DNA of 36,626 nt from positions 1 through 36,626 of the IMG/VR virus record IMGVR_UViG_3300025451_000032, one strand, 5' to 3'. Of the stretch, positions 1 through 8,132 are shown piece after piece; position 1 is the stretch's first letter; each line of letters starts with the position of its first letter. The notes beneath the pieces are model-generated. The model did not search any database. It was not told the origin of the DNA and saw only the letters and a program-made list of their open reading frames with translations. The DNA is from a virus. Its lineage: Duplodnaviria > Caudoviricetes. Made by a program: the position numbers and the translations under genes.

Positions 1-81
1 ACTGATGAGGCAGATGGAACTGAGATTACTATCCCAAGACCAGAATTTAACCCAGACGTTCCAAGTGTCTTTTGGGCATAA
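1..81 (+). CDS. 3' end of a gene truncated by the window start (...TDEADGTEITIPRPEFNPDVPSVFWA*)
   Basis: Frame 1 is open from base 1 to TAA at 79-81, same strand as all other genes. Translated by hand. Confidence 0.6.
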   Translation, partial: TDEADGTEITIPRPEFNPDVPSVFWA

Positions 82-89
82 CCATTATT

Positions 90-194
90 ATGAAACTTAC
101 AATTGACGCGAAAGTGAAATGCAAAAACTGCGGAAAAGTATCATGCAAAGGTTGCAAAGATAAAAAGAAGGGAAGTAAAAAAGATGGCTGCTAA
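90..194 (+). CDS. 34-aa basic Cys-rich peptide (CxxC-x4-CxxC)
   Basis: MKLTIDAKVKCKNCGKVSCKGCKDKKKGSKKDGC*, translated by hand (below the ORF-track cut-off); fills the gap between neighbouring genes. Confidence 0.6.
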   Translation: MKLTIDAKVKCKNCGKVSCKGCKDKKKGSKKDGC

Positions 195-327
195 AGCTAA
201 AACAACTGTTAAGAGTAAAGCTCAAGTTGGTTATCTTCTTTCCAAAGGAACTCCCCTTTCAATCCCGCAAAAGAAAAAGCTTCTCAAAGAGTTACACTCT
301 GGCAAAGTAAAAGTGAAAACTAAATGA
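184..327 (+). CDS. 47-aa Lys-rich hypothetical protein
   Basis: MAAKAKTTVKSKAQVGYLLSKGTPLSIPQKKKLLKELHSGKVKVKTK*; its stop overlaps the portal start (ATGA). Confidence 0.65.
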   Translation: MAAKAKTTVKSKAQVGYLLSKGTPLSIPQKKKLLKELHSGKVKVKTK

Positions 328-1895
328 TGACAGCTCAACAAACTTATTCACGACTTGAAGGACTTCGATATTCCTATTTGGATCGAGGTCGTACTTCGTC
401 GAAACTTACATTGCCCTATGTGCTACCAGAGGAATCCTTTGGGCCACATAGTCGCCTTGATACCCCCTTTCAGAGCGTTGGTGCTAGAGGAGTAAATAAC
501 CTCGCCAGTAAATTACTGTTAGCACTCCTACCACCCAACGCTCCGTTCTTTCGTCTACAAGCAGACACTGCTGAACTTGCTAAAAATGGAACTCCTGAGG
601 AAGTCCTTAGTGAGATCGAGAATTCTCTTCAGCGTGTTGAAGATCTGGTGATGAGTGAGATCGCTAAAGAAGCGTACCGAGTAGCACTCCATGAGGCATT
701 GAAGCATCTCATCATCGCCGGAAACGCTCTCCTGTATATGCCAGATGAAGGTGGACTCCGTGTGTTCAATCTTAATCGATTTGTCATTGAACGTGATCCA
801 ATGGGTAACGTACTGACTATTGCAACAAAGGAAACCATTTCTCGTAAGGCTCTTGATCCTGAGATCCACGAGCTTCTTGAGACCCATGGTGCTTCCGAGA
901 ATGAGGCAATGGAAGGAGATGTTAATCTCTATACCAGTATTCGTCGTGATGACAATATGTGGAAGATCACTCAGGATATCAATGGTGTTGTTCTTCCTAA
1001 AACTGGTGGGGAACTTCCTATTGATCGTTGTCCTTATATTCCCCTCAGGTTCTCCCGCATCGATGGAGAGTCCTATGGTCGTGGGTATGTTGAAGAATAC
1101 CTTGGTGACGTTCAGTCCCTAGAAGCTCTTACACGAGCAATCGTTGAAGGATCGGCTGCTGCTGCCAAAGTTCTTTTCCTTGTATCTCCTAATGGCACTA
1201 CTCGCGCCCGTACACTTGCTGATAGCCCTAATGGTGCAATCGTCCAAGGTAATGCTGCGGATGTAACGACTCTACAAGTCAATAAGTTCAACGACTTCAA
1301 GGTCGCCCAGATGACAATGGATGGCATCAGAGATCGACTTGGTGCTGCTTTCTTGCTTACCTCTGGTGTTGTCCGCAGTGCTGAACGTGTTACCGCTGAG
1401 GAGATCCGTATGTTGTCTCAGGAACTTGAAAGCTCCCTTGGTGGACTCTATTCGCTTCTTTCAAACGAGCTTCAGCTTCCATTGATTGAACGGTTGATGT
1501 ACGTCATGTCGAAGTCTAAGAAACTTCCTAAGCTTCCTAAGAACCTTGTGCAGCCTGTGATTGTCACGGGTGTTGAAGCCCTTGGTCGTGGCAATGATCT
1601 TAACAAGCTTGACCAGTTCCTTGCAGGTGCTGCTCAGGTCGTAGGCCCACAAGCAGTGGCTCAGTTTGTTAACGTACAAGAGTACTTCAAGCGTCGCGCT
1701 ACTGCTCTAGGTATCAAGACAATGGGGCTTATTAAGACACAGGAACAATTAGCACAAGAAGCTCAACAACAGATGGCATCTCAAATGAGTGAGAAACTTG
1801 GGCCTTCTGGAATTAAAGCCTTGAGTGACCAGTATAAACAAGCTAATAGTCCAGAGCAACAGCAACTCGATGCTGCCCAACAGGAACAACAATAA
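324..1895 (+). CDS. Portal / head-to-tail connector (T7 gp8-like)
   Basis: 523 aa with gp8-family motifs QSVGARGVNNLASKLLLALLPP, GESYGRGYVEEYLGD, ERVTAEEIR, ALGRG. Confidence 0.96.
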   Translation: MMTAQQTYSRLEGLRYSYLDRGRTSSKLTLPYVLPEESFGPHSRLDTPFQSVGARGVNNLASKLLLALLPPNAPFFRLQADTAELAKNGTPEEVLSEIENSLQRVEDLVMSEIAKEAYRVALHEALKHLIIAGNALLYMPDEGGLRVFNLNRFVIERDPMGNVLTIATKETISRKALDPEIHELLETHGASENEAMEGDVNLYTSIRRDDNMWKITQDINGVVLPKTGGELPIDRCPYIPLRFSRIDGESYGRGYVEEYLGDVQSLEALTRAIVEGSAAAAKVLFLVSPNGTTRARTLADSPNGAIVQGNAADVTTLQVNKFNDFKVAQMTMDGIRDRLGAAFLLTSGVVRSAERVTAEEIRMLSQELESSLGGLYSLLSNELQLPLIERLMYVMSKSKKLPKLPKNLVQPVIVTGVEALGRGNDLNKLDQFLAGAAQVVGPQAVAQFVNVQEYFKRRATALGIKTMGLIKTQEQLAQEAQQQMASQMSEKLGPSGIKALSDQYKQANSPEQQQLDAAQQEQQ

Positions 1896-1903
1896 CAATT
1901 ATT

Positions 1904-2692
1904 ATGGCTGAATTACACTCGATCTCGATTAACGAACCTACGGCTCGCGAGCAAATGACCCTTGAGCAACAATCCGCTTTGATGGATCAAGCACGAGGGG
2001 AACAACCACAAGCTCAAGAAGAACAAGCAACCAATGAGGATACTCCAAGTGATGATCGTCCTGAGTGGTTGCCCGAGAAGTTTGAATCTCCAGCGGAACT
2101 CGCTAAGGCGTATGCCAATCTGGAAAAGGAATTTCACAATAAGAACCGTGAAGAAGAAAAGTCACAAGTAAAGCTAGATACATCTGCTGTCCAAACTCGT
2201 GTTGGTGATGCGTTGAATTCGGCAAGTGCTGAGTATGCTGAACGCGGAGATCTCACAGAGGCATCCTATGCTGCCCTTGAAAAGAACGGTATTTCCCGTG
2301 AGCTTGTTAAGACCTACGTTGATGGCTACAAGGCTTCTCAAGAGGCTAACACCAATGCCATTATGAATGAGGTTGGCGGTAAGGATAACTATGCAGCGAT
2401 GACTGAGTGGGCTTCTGGTTCCCTTACGGACTCCGAGCTTGCTACCTTTAACCGTGTGGTTGAATCCAACGATGCTGACACAGCTAAGATGGCAATCAAG
2501 GGTCTCTATGCTCGCTTCTTGTCAGACGGTGGTTCTCCCGTGAAACTTATGCAAGGCCAAGTTGCGGGTGCTGGTATCACTCCATTTAACTCCAATGCTC
2601 AGATGGTTGACGCAATGAAAGATCCTAGGTACGCCAAAGATCCAGCTTATCGCGCTCAAGTTGAAAAACGAGTAGGAATCTCACGCCTGTAA
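1904..2692 (+). CDS. Capsid assembly scaffolding protein (T7 gp9-like)
   Basis: Acidic; RPEWLPEKF, VGGKDNYAAMTEWA and C-terminal MKDPRYAKDPAYRAQVEKR; directly after the portal. Confidence 0.93.
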   Translation: MAELHSISINEPTAREQMTLEQQSALMDQARGEQPQAQEEQATNEDTPSDDRPEWLPEKFESPAELAKAYANLEKEFHNKNREEEKSQVKLDTSAVQTRVGDALNSASAEYAERGDLTEASYAALEKNGISRELVKTYVDGYKASQEANTNAIMNEVGGKDNYAAMTEWASGSLTDSELATFNRVVESNDADTAKMAIKGLYARFLSDGGSPVKLMQGQVAGAGITPFNSNAQMVDAMKDPRYAKDPAYRAQVEKRVGISRL

Positions 2693-2697
2693 AAATT

Positions 2698-2883
2698 ATG
2701 CAAATTATTAAATATTTTCTAGACAACGCTTCAGATCTCATTCAGGTTCTCACCGCTGTTGTGACCACGGCCTCTCTTATTGCTGCTCTTACTCCTACTC
2801 CTACGGACGACGGGTTTGTTAAGTGGGGCTATAAGATTCTTGATCTTCTGGCATTGAATGTCGGTAAGGCGAAAGATAAATAA
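2698..2883 (+). CDS. Small membrane protein, holin candidate
   Basis: 61 aa; hydrophobic helix, TPTPTDD turn, basic C-terminus; sits just before a spanin-like pair. Confidence 0.55.
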   Translation: MQIIKYFLDNASDLIQVLTAVVTTASLIAALTPTPTDDGFVKWGYKILDLLALNVGKAKDK

Positions 2884-2901
2884 TCTCTGTTTGTTTGTGT
2901 T

Positions 2902-3069
2902 ATGGTGTTAGCAAGTCTCCTAGTAAAGGTATTGTGTGTTTTCCCTAAGCTAGGGGACTTGCTTTTCCATCTCTATCATCAGTATGAAGAAGAACTTCTT
3001 CGCCGCTCTTACAATGATCATGCTAAGTCTATCGATGACTGGATGCATTCCGACGATCATACAAAGTAA
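2902..3069 (+). CDS. Putative inner-membrane spanin (Rz-like), 55 aa
   Basis: Hand translation MVLASLLVKVLCVFPKLGDLLFHLYHQYEEELLRRSYNDHAKSIDDWMHSDDHTK*: hydrophobic N-terminus, ends in ...IDDW..., overlapped in the +1 frame by a lipoprotein gene. Confidence 0.5.
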   Translation: MVLASLLVKVLCVFPKLGDLLFHLYHQYEEELLRRSYNDHAKSIDDWMHSDDHTK

Positions 3070-3178
3070 GATCCCTAGTTTCCTTGAACGCTTGAAACAA
3101 GAGCAGTTCACAAAGGAACAAAAAGTTATCGTGGGTGATCTCCTTCATTACGTTAACGACCTAGAAACCAATTTATGA
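2984..3178 (+). CDS. Lipoprotein, putative outer-membrane spanin (Rz1-like)
   Basis: MKKNFFAALTMIMLSLSMTG-C: type II signal peptide with a lipobox Cys; starts inside the 2902 ORF like an overlapped Rz/Rz1 pair. Confidence 0.6.
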   Translation: MKKNFFAALTMIMLSLSMTGCIPTIIQSKIPSFLERLKQEQFTKEQKVIVGDLLHYVNDLETNL

Positions 3179-3285
3179 TTACTGAACCAATTACCCTTGC
3201 TGAAGAAGACGATGATGATTTCAACGAGCCGCTCCCAGTTCGTACTGGTGGATGTGATGGAGAAGTCTGTGAGTCTTGTCAGTAA
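3175..3285 (+). CDS. 36-aa acidic peptide ending C-x4-CxxCQ (resembles a ribonucleotide reductase C-terminal redox tail)
   Basis: MITEPITLAEEDDDDFNEPLPVRTGGCDGEVCESCQ*; ATGA overlap with the upstream stop suggests translational coupling. Confidence 0.6.
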   Translation: MITEPITLAEEDDDDFNEPLPVRTGGCDGEVCESCQ

Positions 3286-3306
3286 ATGATTTTTTAATCC
3301 CCCGCT

Positions 3307-3384
3307 TGTGGATCTTGGCCCGTGTCTGCAAAGCATCAAGGATTAGATGGAGATGAATCCACATCAGAACCAGTTAACGGGCCG
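3307..3384 (+). ncRNA. Candidate pseudoknotted structured RNA
   Basis: Interleaved perfect 7-bp helices TGTGGAT(3307-13)/ATCCACA(3357-63) and GGCCCGT(3317-23)/ACGGGCC(3377-83), plus inner GTCT/AGAT and CATC/GATG stems. Confidence 0.4.
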
Positions 3385-3393
3385 TCAATTTTT

Positions 3394-3463
3394 GTGGTAG
3401 TTAGTTCAAGAAAGAACCCGTAGTTGTCTACGGAAATGTGGGTATCAAGTCCCTCACTATCAC
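3394..3463 (+). tRNA. tRNA-like cloverleaf / pseudo-tRNA with non-canonical anticodon loop
   Basis: Acceptor TGGTAGT/ACTATCA (one G-U), TA at positions 8-9, D-arm GTTC-AAGAAA-GAAC, anticodon arm CCGTA-GTTGTC-TACGG, T-arm GTGGG-TATCAAGT-CCCTC; no encoded CCA. Confidence 0.5.
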
Positions 3464-3522
3464 ACCTACTCTCAGCAAATCTCCCGCGCCTCTCAACGAT
3501 GCGTAATTCGGGAGGTATCCCT

Positions 3523-3577
<55 letters not shown>

Positions 3578-3713
3578 TTTGGCCATAGCCTCTTGCCCTG
3601 CACAGGTAACGCTATGGTTCTTCCCTTTTCCCCTTTAGCTCACTAATGAGTTAAAGAGAAATCGTCCCAAATAATAAAAGGACGACAATCACACTACTTG
3701 AAAGTAAGAACTA

Positions 3714-3734
3714 GGCCCAGTACGCTGGACAACC
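3714..3734 (+). promoter_or_regulatory. UNCG-capped hairpin in the capsid mRNA leader
   Basis: GG-C-CCAG-TACG-CTGG-ACAA-CC about 95 nt upstream of the capsid start, followed by A-rich (AAACTA)n up to the ATG. Confidence 0.4.
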
Positions 3735-3826
3735 GATTGTTCACTTTAGCAAGAAAGGATAGTCGAACATAAAAAACACGGACATCGCTTGTTAAACTAA
3801 AACTAAAACTAAACTAAAATAATTAT

Positions 3827-4828
3827 ATGGCTAATGGTGCTACTTCCCCCTCCCGTCTCGGTCAAGTCAATAATACTGGCGACACGGATGCTCTGTTCCT
3901 TAAAGTATTCTCTGGAGAAATCCTGACGACCTTTGAAGAAATGAACGTGATGAAAGATCTGCACATGGTGCGGACGATTCAAAGCGGTAAGTCTGCTCAG
4001 TTCCCACTGACTGGAATCGCAACTGCTAAATATCACACCGCTGGCGAAAACATCGCTGATGCAGGTGCTGGTTATCTTAGCAATATCAAACATGCTGAAC
4101 GTATCATCACTATCGATGATCTGTTGGTCGCTTCGACCTTTATCGCCAACATCGACGAACTCAAGAATCACTACGATGTCCGTAGCATTTACGCTAAGGA
4201 ACTCGGTAAGGCTCTTGCGAAGCGTTTCGATATTGCAACAATGAAGACCCTTGTTGCTGCCGCTCAAGATACTTCGGCTATTGGTGGTTACGGCGGTACT
4301 AACCTCACTGGCAAACTCAGTGCTACTCCAACTGCTGCTGAAATTGTTGATGCAATCATGGCGGCTGCTCAAAGCTTGGATGAAAAGGATGTCCCTGAGG
4401 ACGAGCGTTTTGCTATCCTTAAGCCTCGCGACTACTACACGCTCCTCGGTTCCGATGATACCGTTATGAATAACCTTTATGGTGGTTCTGGTAATGTCGC
4501 TACTGGTCAAATCCCAACCATCGCTGGTATCCGTATCTTCAAGTCGAATCACTTGAATGCTGTTACTGTTGCTTCTGGTTCTGCGGATGCTAACGATGCG
4601 CTGTCGAAGAACGATGTGTTCGGTGCTAATGGTATCGGCTACAATGCTACCGATGTGTCGGCTATTGAGATGATCGTTGCTCACCCAAGTGCCATTGGTA
4701 CTGTGAAGCTCCTTGATCTTGCCACTGAATCTGAGTACCAAATCGAGCGTCAAGGCACTCTGTTTGTTGCTAAGTACGCGATGGGCCATGGTGTCCTTCG
4801 TCCGCAGTGCGCTGTCACGATTGGCTAA
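3827..4828 (+). CDS. Major capsid protein (T7 gp10A-like)
   Basis: ALFLKVFSGEILTTF, RTIQSGKSAQFP, ITIDDLL, AKYAMGHGVLRP. Confidence 0.97.
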   Translation: MANGATSPSRLGQVNNTGDTDALFLKVFSGEILTTFEEMNVMKDLHMVRTIQSGKSAQFPLTGIATAKYHTAGENIADAGAGYLSNIKHAERIITIDDLLVASTFIANIDELKNHYDVRSIYAKELGKALAKRFDIATMKTLVAAAQDTSAIGGYGGTNLTGKLSATPTAAEIVDAIMAAAQSLDEKDVPEDERFAILKPRDYYTLLGSDDTVMNNLYGGSGNVATGQIPTIAGIRIFKSNHLNAVTVASGSADANDALSKNDVFGANGIGYNATDVSAIEMIVAHPSAIGTVKLLDLATESEYQIERQGTLFVAKYAMGHGVLRPQCAVTIG

Positions 4829-4844
4829 TCGATAAAACCACTTG

Positions 4845-4890
4845 GCCCCCTTTAGTTCGTAAAAGTTCTAAAGGGGGCTTCTTTTTATTT
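4845..4890 (+). terminator. Intrinsic terminator after the capsid gene (T-phi position)
   Basis: GCCCCCTTTAG...CTAAAGGGGGC (11-bp stem) followed by TTCTTTTTATTT. Confidence 0.9.
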
Positions 4891-4901
4891 TATTTTACAC
4901 A

Positions 4902-5501
4902 ATGGCTACACTTACATCAAAACTCGAAGCAGTTAATACGATGCTTGGATACATTGGGGAATCCCCAGTGAACAGCATTGCCTCCGCTACAGCACTTCCT
5001 CATTCCGCTGCGTTGGCTAAGAACATTCTTGATGAAGTTAGTCGTGAAGTTCAATCCGACGGCTGGCAATTTAACACCGTAGAAGACTTCAAACTTTCAC
5101 AAGGAATCCCCACTGGGACTTTCCAAGTGCCTTCTAATACCCTCCAAGTTGACGCAGTTGACCGTGGTGTGGATATTGTTCAACGAGGTCTGAATATCTG
5201 GGATCGCAAGAATAACACCAATACGTTCTCCGTAGATACGCTCACGGTGAACATGACTTTCCTTTTGGACTGGGAAGAGCTTCCAGAACAAGCAAGGCGG
5301 TACATCGCCATCAAAGCAGGAAGAGTTCTTCAGTCGCGCCTAGTAGGCTCACGGGAACTTGAGAGTCTTATCATGCGTGATGAGATCATGGCCAAGGCGC
5401 GTCTTGAGGAGACCGATGGTCGCAACTCTGACATCACTATCTTCGATAATTATGATGTGGCTTCTAGAATTGGCATCAATCGTAACAACGATATTTCCTA
5501 A
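4902..5501 (+). CDS. Tail tubular protein A (T7 gp11-like)
   Basis: LEAVNTMLGYIGESPVN, SREVQSDGWQFN, WEELPEQARRYI. Confidence 0.95.
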   Translation: MATLTSKLEAVNTMLGYIGESPVNSIASATALPHSAALAKNILDEVSREVQSDGWQFNTVEDFKLSQGIPTGTFQVPSNTLQVDAVDRGVDIVQRGLNIWDRKNNTNTFSVDTLTVNMTFLLDWEELPEQARRYIAIKAGRVLQSRLVGSRELESLIMRDEIMAKARLEETDGRNSDITIFDNYDVASRIGINRNNDIS

Positions 5502-5507
5502 ATCAAC

Positions 5508-8132
5508 ATGGCAAACATCACTACTTCTGTCTCCAATCTTGTCCAAGGGGTCTCTCAGCAGTCTCCTAAAGTCCGCTTCACGGGCCAATGCGAGGAGCAG
5601 ATAAACGCTCTTAGTTCCGTCAGTGATGGCCTTAAGAAGCGTCCGTGTACTCGGGTGATCTCCAACATCTACGATAGTGTAATCCATCCTACGGACTATG
5701 TTCATTTCATCAATCGCTCAGAGACTGAACGGTACGCTGTTGTGTTGAATAGCTCAGTGGCTCGTGCCTTTAATCTTTCTGATGGAACTGAGGCATCGAT
5801 CAATGGGACTACTGGCGGCTTTGAGTTACCTGAGTACCTTAAAAGCACCTATGCCCGTAAGTACATGAAGGCGATGTCGCTGGCTGACACGACGTTCCTG
5901 TTGAATACCACAGCGAACACCGCGATGCTTTCAACTCTTTCTCCATTGTTAGATGAATCAAAGGCTTTGGTGTTTATCAAACAAGGAGACTACGAAAAGA
6001 AATACACGCTACTCTTTAACGGCTCAAGTGCCACTAGAGCTACTGTTTCGTTGACCTTTGTTTCTTCTGTCTTTAGTCGTTATACGATCTCAGCTGTTAC
6101 GGTAACTAATGTTGGCTCTGGGTATTCATCTGAGTTTCCCCCAATATTGACGATTGTTAATGATGGAAGTGGAAGCATGAGTGAAACTCCTGTATTTACA
6201 GTAAACGTCAATGATATTACAGGGACAATTACAAGCGTCACAGTGGTCGATGGAGGAACCTTTACGGTTAATAGCCGTACAGCTTTAATGAGCTATCCTC
6301 AGTCTTCTGCGGGTTCTAATGAGATTACTTATACGTCACTTACTTCTTCTACTGGTGCAAACGCTGATACTTCAGTGATCGCTACAGGGCTAAATACAGC
6401 ACTGAATACTGTCAGTACTTCCTATGACCACATTACCAACGGAAGCTCTATCACTCTTACAAGGAAAGATGGAAACACTTTCTATCTTACAAGCCAAGAC
6501 GGTATCGCCAACACAGCCATAGGGATCGTCTTTAAGACTGTTGATGACATCTCAGATCTTCCTGTACAGGCTCCTAATAACTTCACGGTATCCGTACGAG
6601 GTTCTATTGACTCCAAGGAAGACGATTACTACGTTCAGTTTCAGACAAACGACAAGGGAGTCTTTGGTGTTGGCGGATGGATTGAAAGCGTCGGCTACGG
6701 GATTACCTATAAGATTGATCAAACAACGATGCCGTATCAGCTCTTGAATACTGGGCTGAACTCTTTCACACTTTCAGAGTCCCTTTGGAATGATCGAATT
6801 GTTGGTGACAATGATTCTAATCCACTTCCGTCGTTCATTGGGAAACCCATCAACAACCTATTCTTCTTCAAGAATCGCCTTGGGTTGCTTACGGATGACA
6901 CGGTGTTGTTCAGTGAAGCTGGGCAGTTCTTTAACTTCTTTAGAACCACGGTACGCACCTTGTTGGACTCAGATCCTATCGATGTCTCTGCGGCCTCTAC
7001 GACGATCTCTAAGCTCTCCTCGGCTGTGGCGTTCCAAGAGAACCTTATTCTGTTTGCTGATCGTGGTCAGTTCGTTGTTAAGAGTGGCGACACGTTGACC
7101 TCAAAGAACATTGCAATCACAGCGATCACCAACTACGGCGTGGATACCTCAGCGGAACCTATGGGCCTTGGGTCGTATGTTTACTTCCCGTTCACCCGTG
7201 GTAATTACCTTGGGATTCGGGAGTTCAAACTGGATGCTTCTTCGTCCACCTACGACTCTGCTGACATCACTTCTCAGATCCCCTCGTACATCACGTCAGG
7301 AACTACCACTAAGATTGTTGCGTCGTCTACTGAGAACCTTATCTGTATTCTTACTCAAAACGGGGAAACTAATACGATCTACGTCTACAAGTTCTACTGG
7401 AGTGGTAATGAAAAGGTAATCTCAAGTTGGTCTAAGTTCACGTTTGCAATGGACATCCAAGGGCTTGAGTTTATGAACAGTAAGCTCTACATCGTCGGTA
7501 ATAAGACTAACGAGGCAATCCTTGCATACATCAACATGGAGGAACAAAGGACTGAGCAAGACACCTTAGGGAACTTCTCATACCACCTTGATCTACTTAC
7601 TAAGGTAACAAGTGGGCCTACGAACTCCATCACGCTTCCCTATCACGTCACTGATGCTGATGTTATTGAAGCCTATGATGAAAAGGGAATCAACGTGAAG
7701 ATAACTAACATCGTAGGTAACACGGTGTACCTTAATCGTCCATCAATCTGTTTTATCGGAATCCGCTACAACATGGAGTACACCTTTAGTGAGCCTGTGT
7801 TTAAGCAACAAGGAGGCCCACAGGGGACACCCTCAGGGCTTACTAGGTTCATCCTTCGTAATGGCACCGTGTTCTACTCTAAGGCTGCGTCGTTCCGCAT
7901 TGAGGTCACTCCTGTGGCCCGTGAGACTACGTTGTTGGACTACAGCCCTAGCATTATTGATGTCACTCGTGCTGGCTCTATGATCTTCAAGGATGGGTTG
8001 GCTAGGTTTTCAATCTTTACAGAGGCCAAGGATTGCGTTATCAAGATCATCAATGACAGTGCATTCTCAGCTAACTTCCAGTCCGCAGAATTTGAAGCAA
8101 ATGCCCACACAAGAGCTTCCAGATACTCTTAG
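5508..8132 (+). CDS. Tail tubular protein B (T7 gp12-like)
   Basis: NLVQGVSQQ, GLKKRP, NPLPSFIGKPINNLFFFKNRLG, FFNFFRTT, SWSKFTF; 874 aa. Confidence 0.95.
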   Translation: MANITTSVSNLVQGVSQQSPKVRFTGQCEEQINALSSVSDGLKKRPCTRVISNIYDSVIHPTDYVHFINRSETERYAVVLNSSVARAFNLSDGTEASINGTTGGFELPEYLKSTYARKYMKAMSLADTTFLLNTTANTAMLSTLSPLLDESKALVFIKQGDYEKKYTLLFNGSSATRATVSLTFVSSVFSRYTISAVTVTNVGSGYSSEFPPILTIVNDGSGSMSETPVFTVNVNDITGTITSVTVVDGGTFTVNSRTALMSYPQSSAGSNEITYTSLTSSTGANADTSVIATGLNTALNTVSTSYDHITNGSSITLTRKDGNTFYLTSQDGIANTAIGIVFKTVDDISDLPVQAPNNFTVSVRGSIDSKEDDYYVQFQTNDKGVFGVGGWIESVGYGITYKIDQTTMPYQLLNTGLNSFTLSESLWNDRIVGDNDSNPLPSFIGKPINNLFFFKNRLGLLTDDTVLFSEAGQFFNFFRTTVRTLLDSDPIDVSAASTTISKLSSAVAFQENLILFADRGQFVVKSGDTLTSKNIAITAITNYGVDTSAEPMGLGSYVYFPFTRGNYLGIREFKLDASSSTYDSADITSQIPSYITSGTTTKIVASSTENLICILTQNGETNTIYVYKFYWSGNEKVISSWSKFTFAMDIQGLEFMNSKLYIVGNKTNEAILAYINMEEQRTEQDTLGNFSYHLDLLTKVTSGPTNSITLPYHVTDADVIEAYDEKGINVKITNIVGNTVYLNRPSICFIGIRYNMEYTFSEPVFKQQGGPQGTPSGLTRFILRNGTVFYSKAASFRIEVTPVARETTLLDYSPSIIDVTRAGSMIFKDGLARFSIFTEAKDCVIKIINDSAFSANFQSAEFEANAHTRASRYS

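Noticed and set aside
1-30. CTGATGAG as a hammerhead ribozyme core
   Set aside because: No matching stem II/GAAA arrangement, and it reads as the coding end of a gene.
3324-3345. GCAAAG / ATCAAG words suggesting c-di-GMP or SAM-I riboswitches
   Set aside because: The remaining conserved nucleotides and stems of those families are absent.
3809-4789. 326-aa minus-strand ORF
   Set aside because: Antisense shadow of the capsid gene with no recognisable motifs; the same applies to the other short minus-strand and nested ORFs in the track.
4790-4845. T7-style 10A/10B capsid frameshift
   Set aside because: No slippery heptamer seen near the stop, and a strong terminator follows within about 20 nt.
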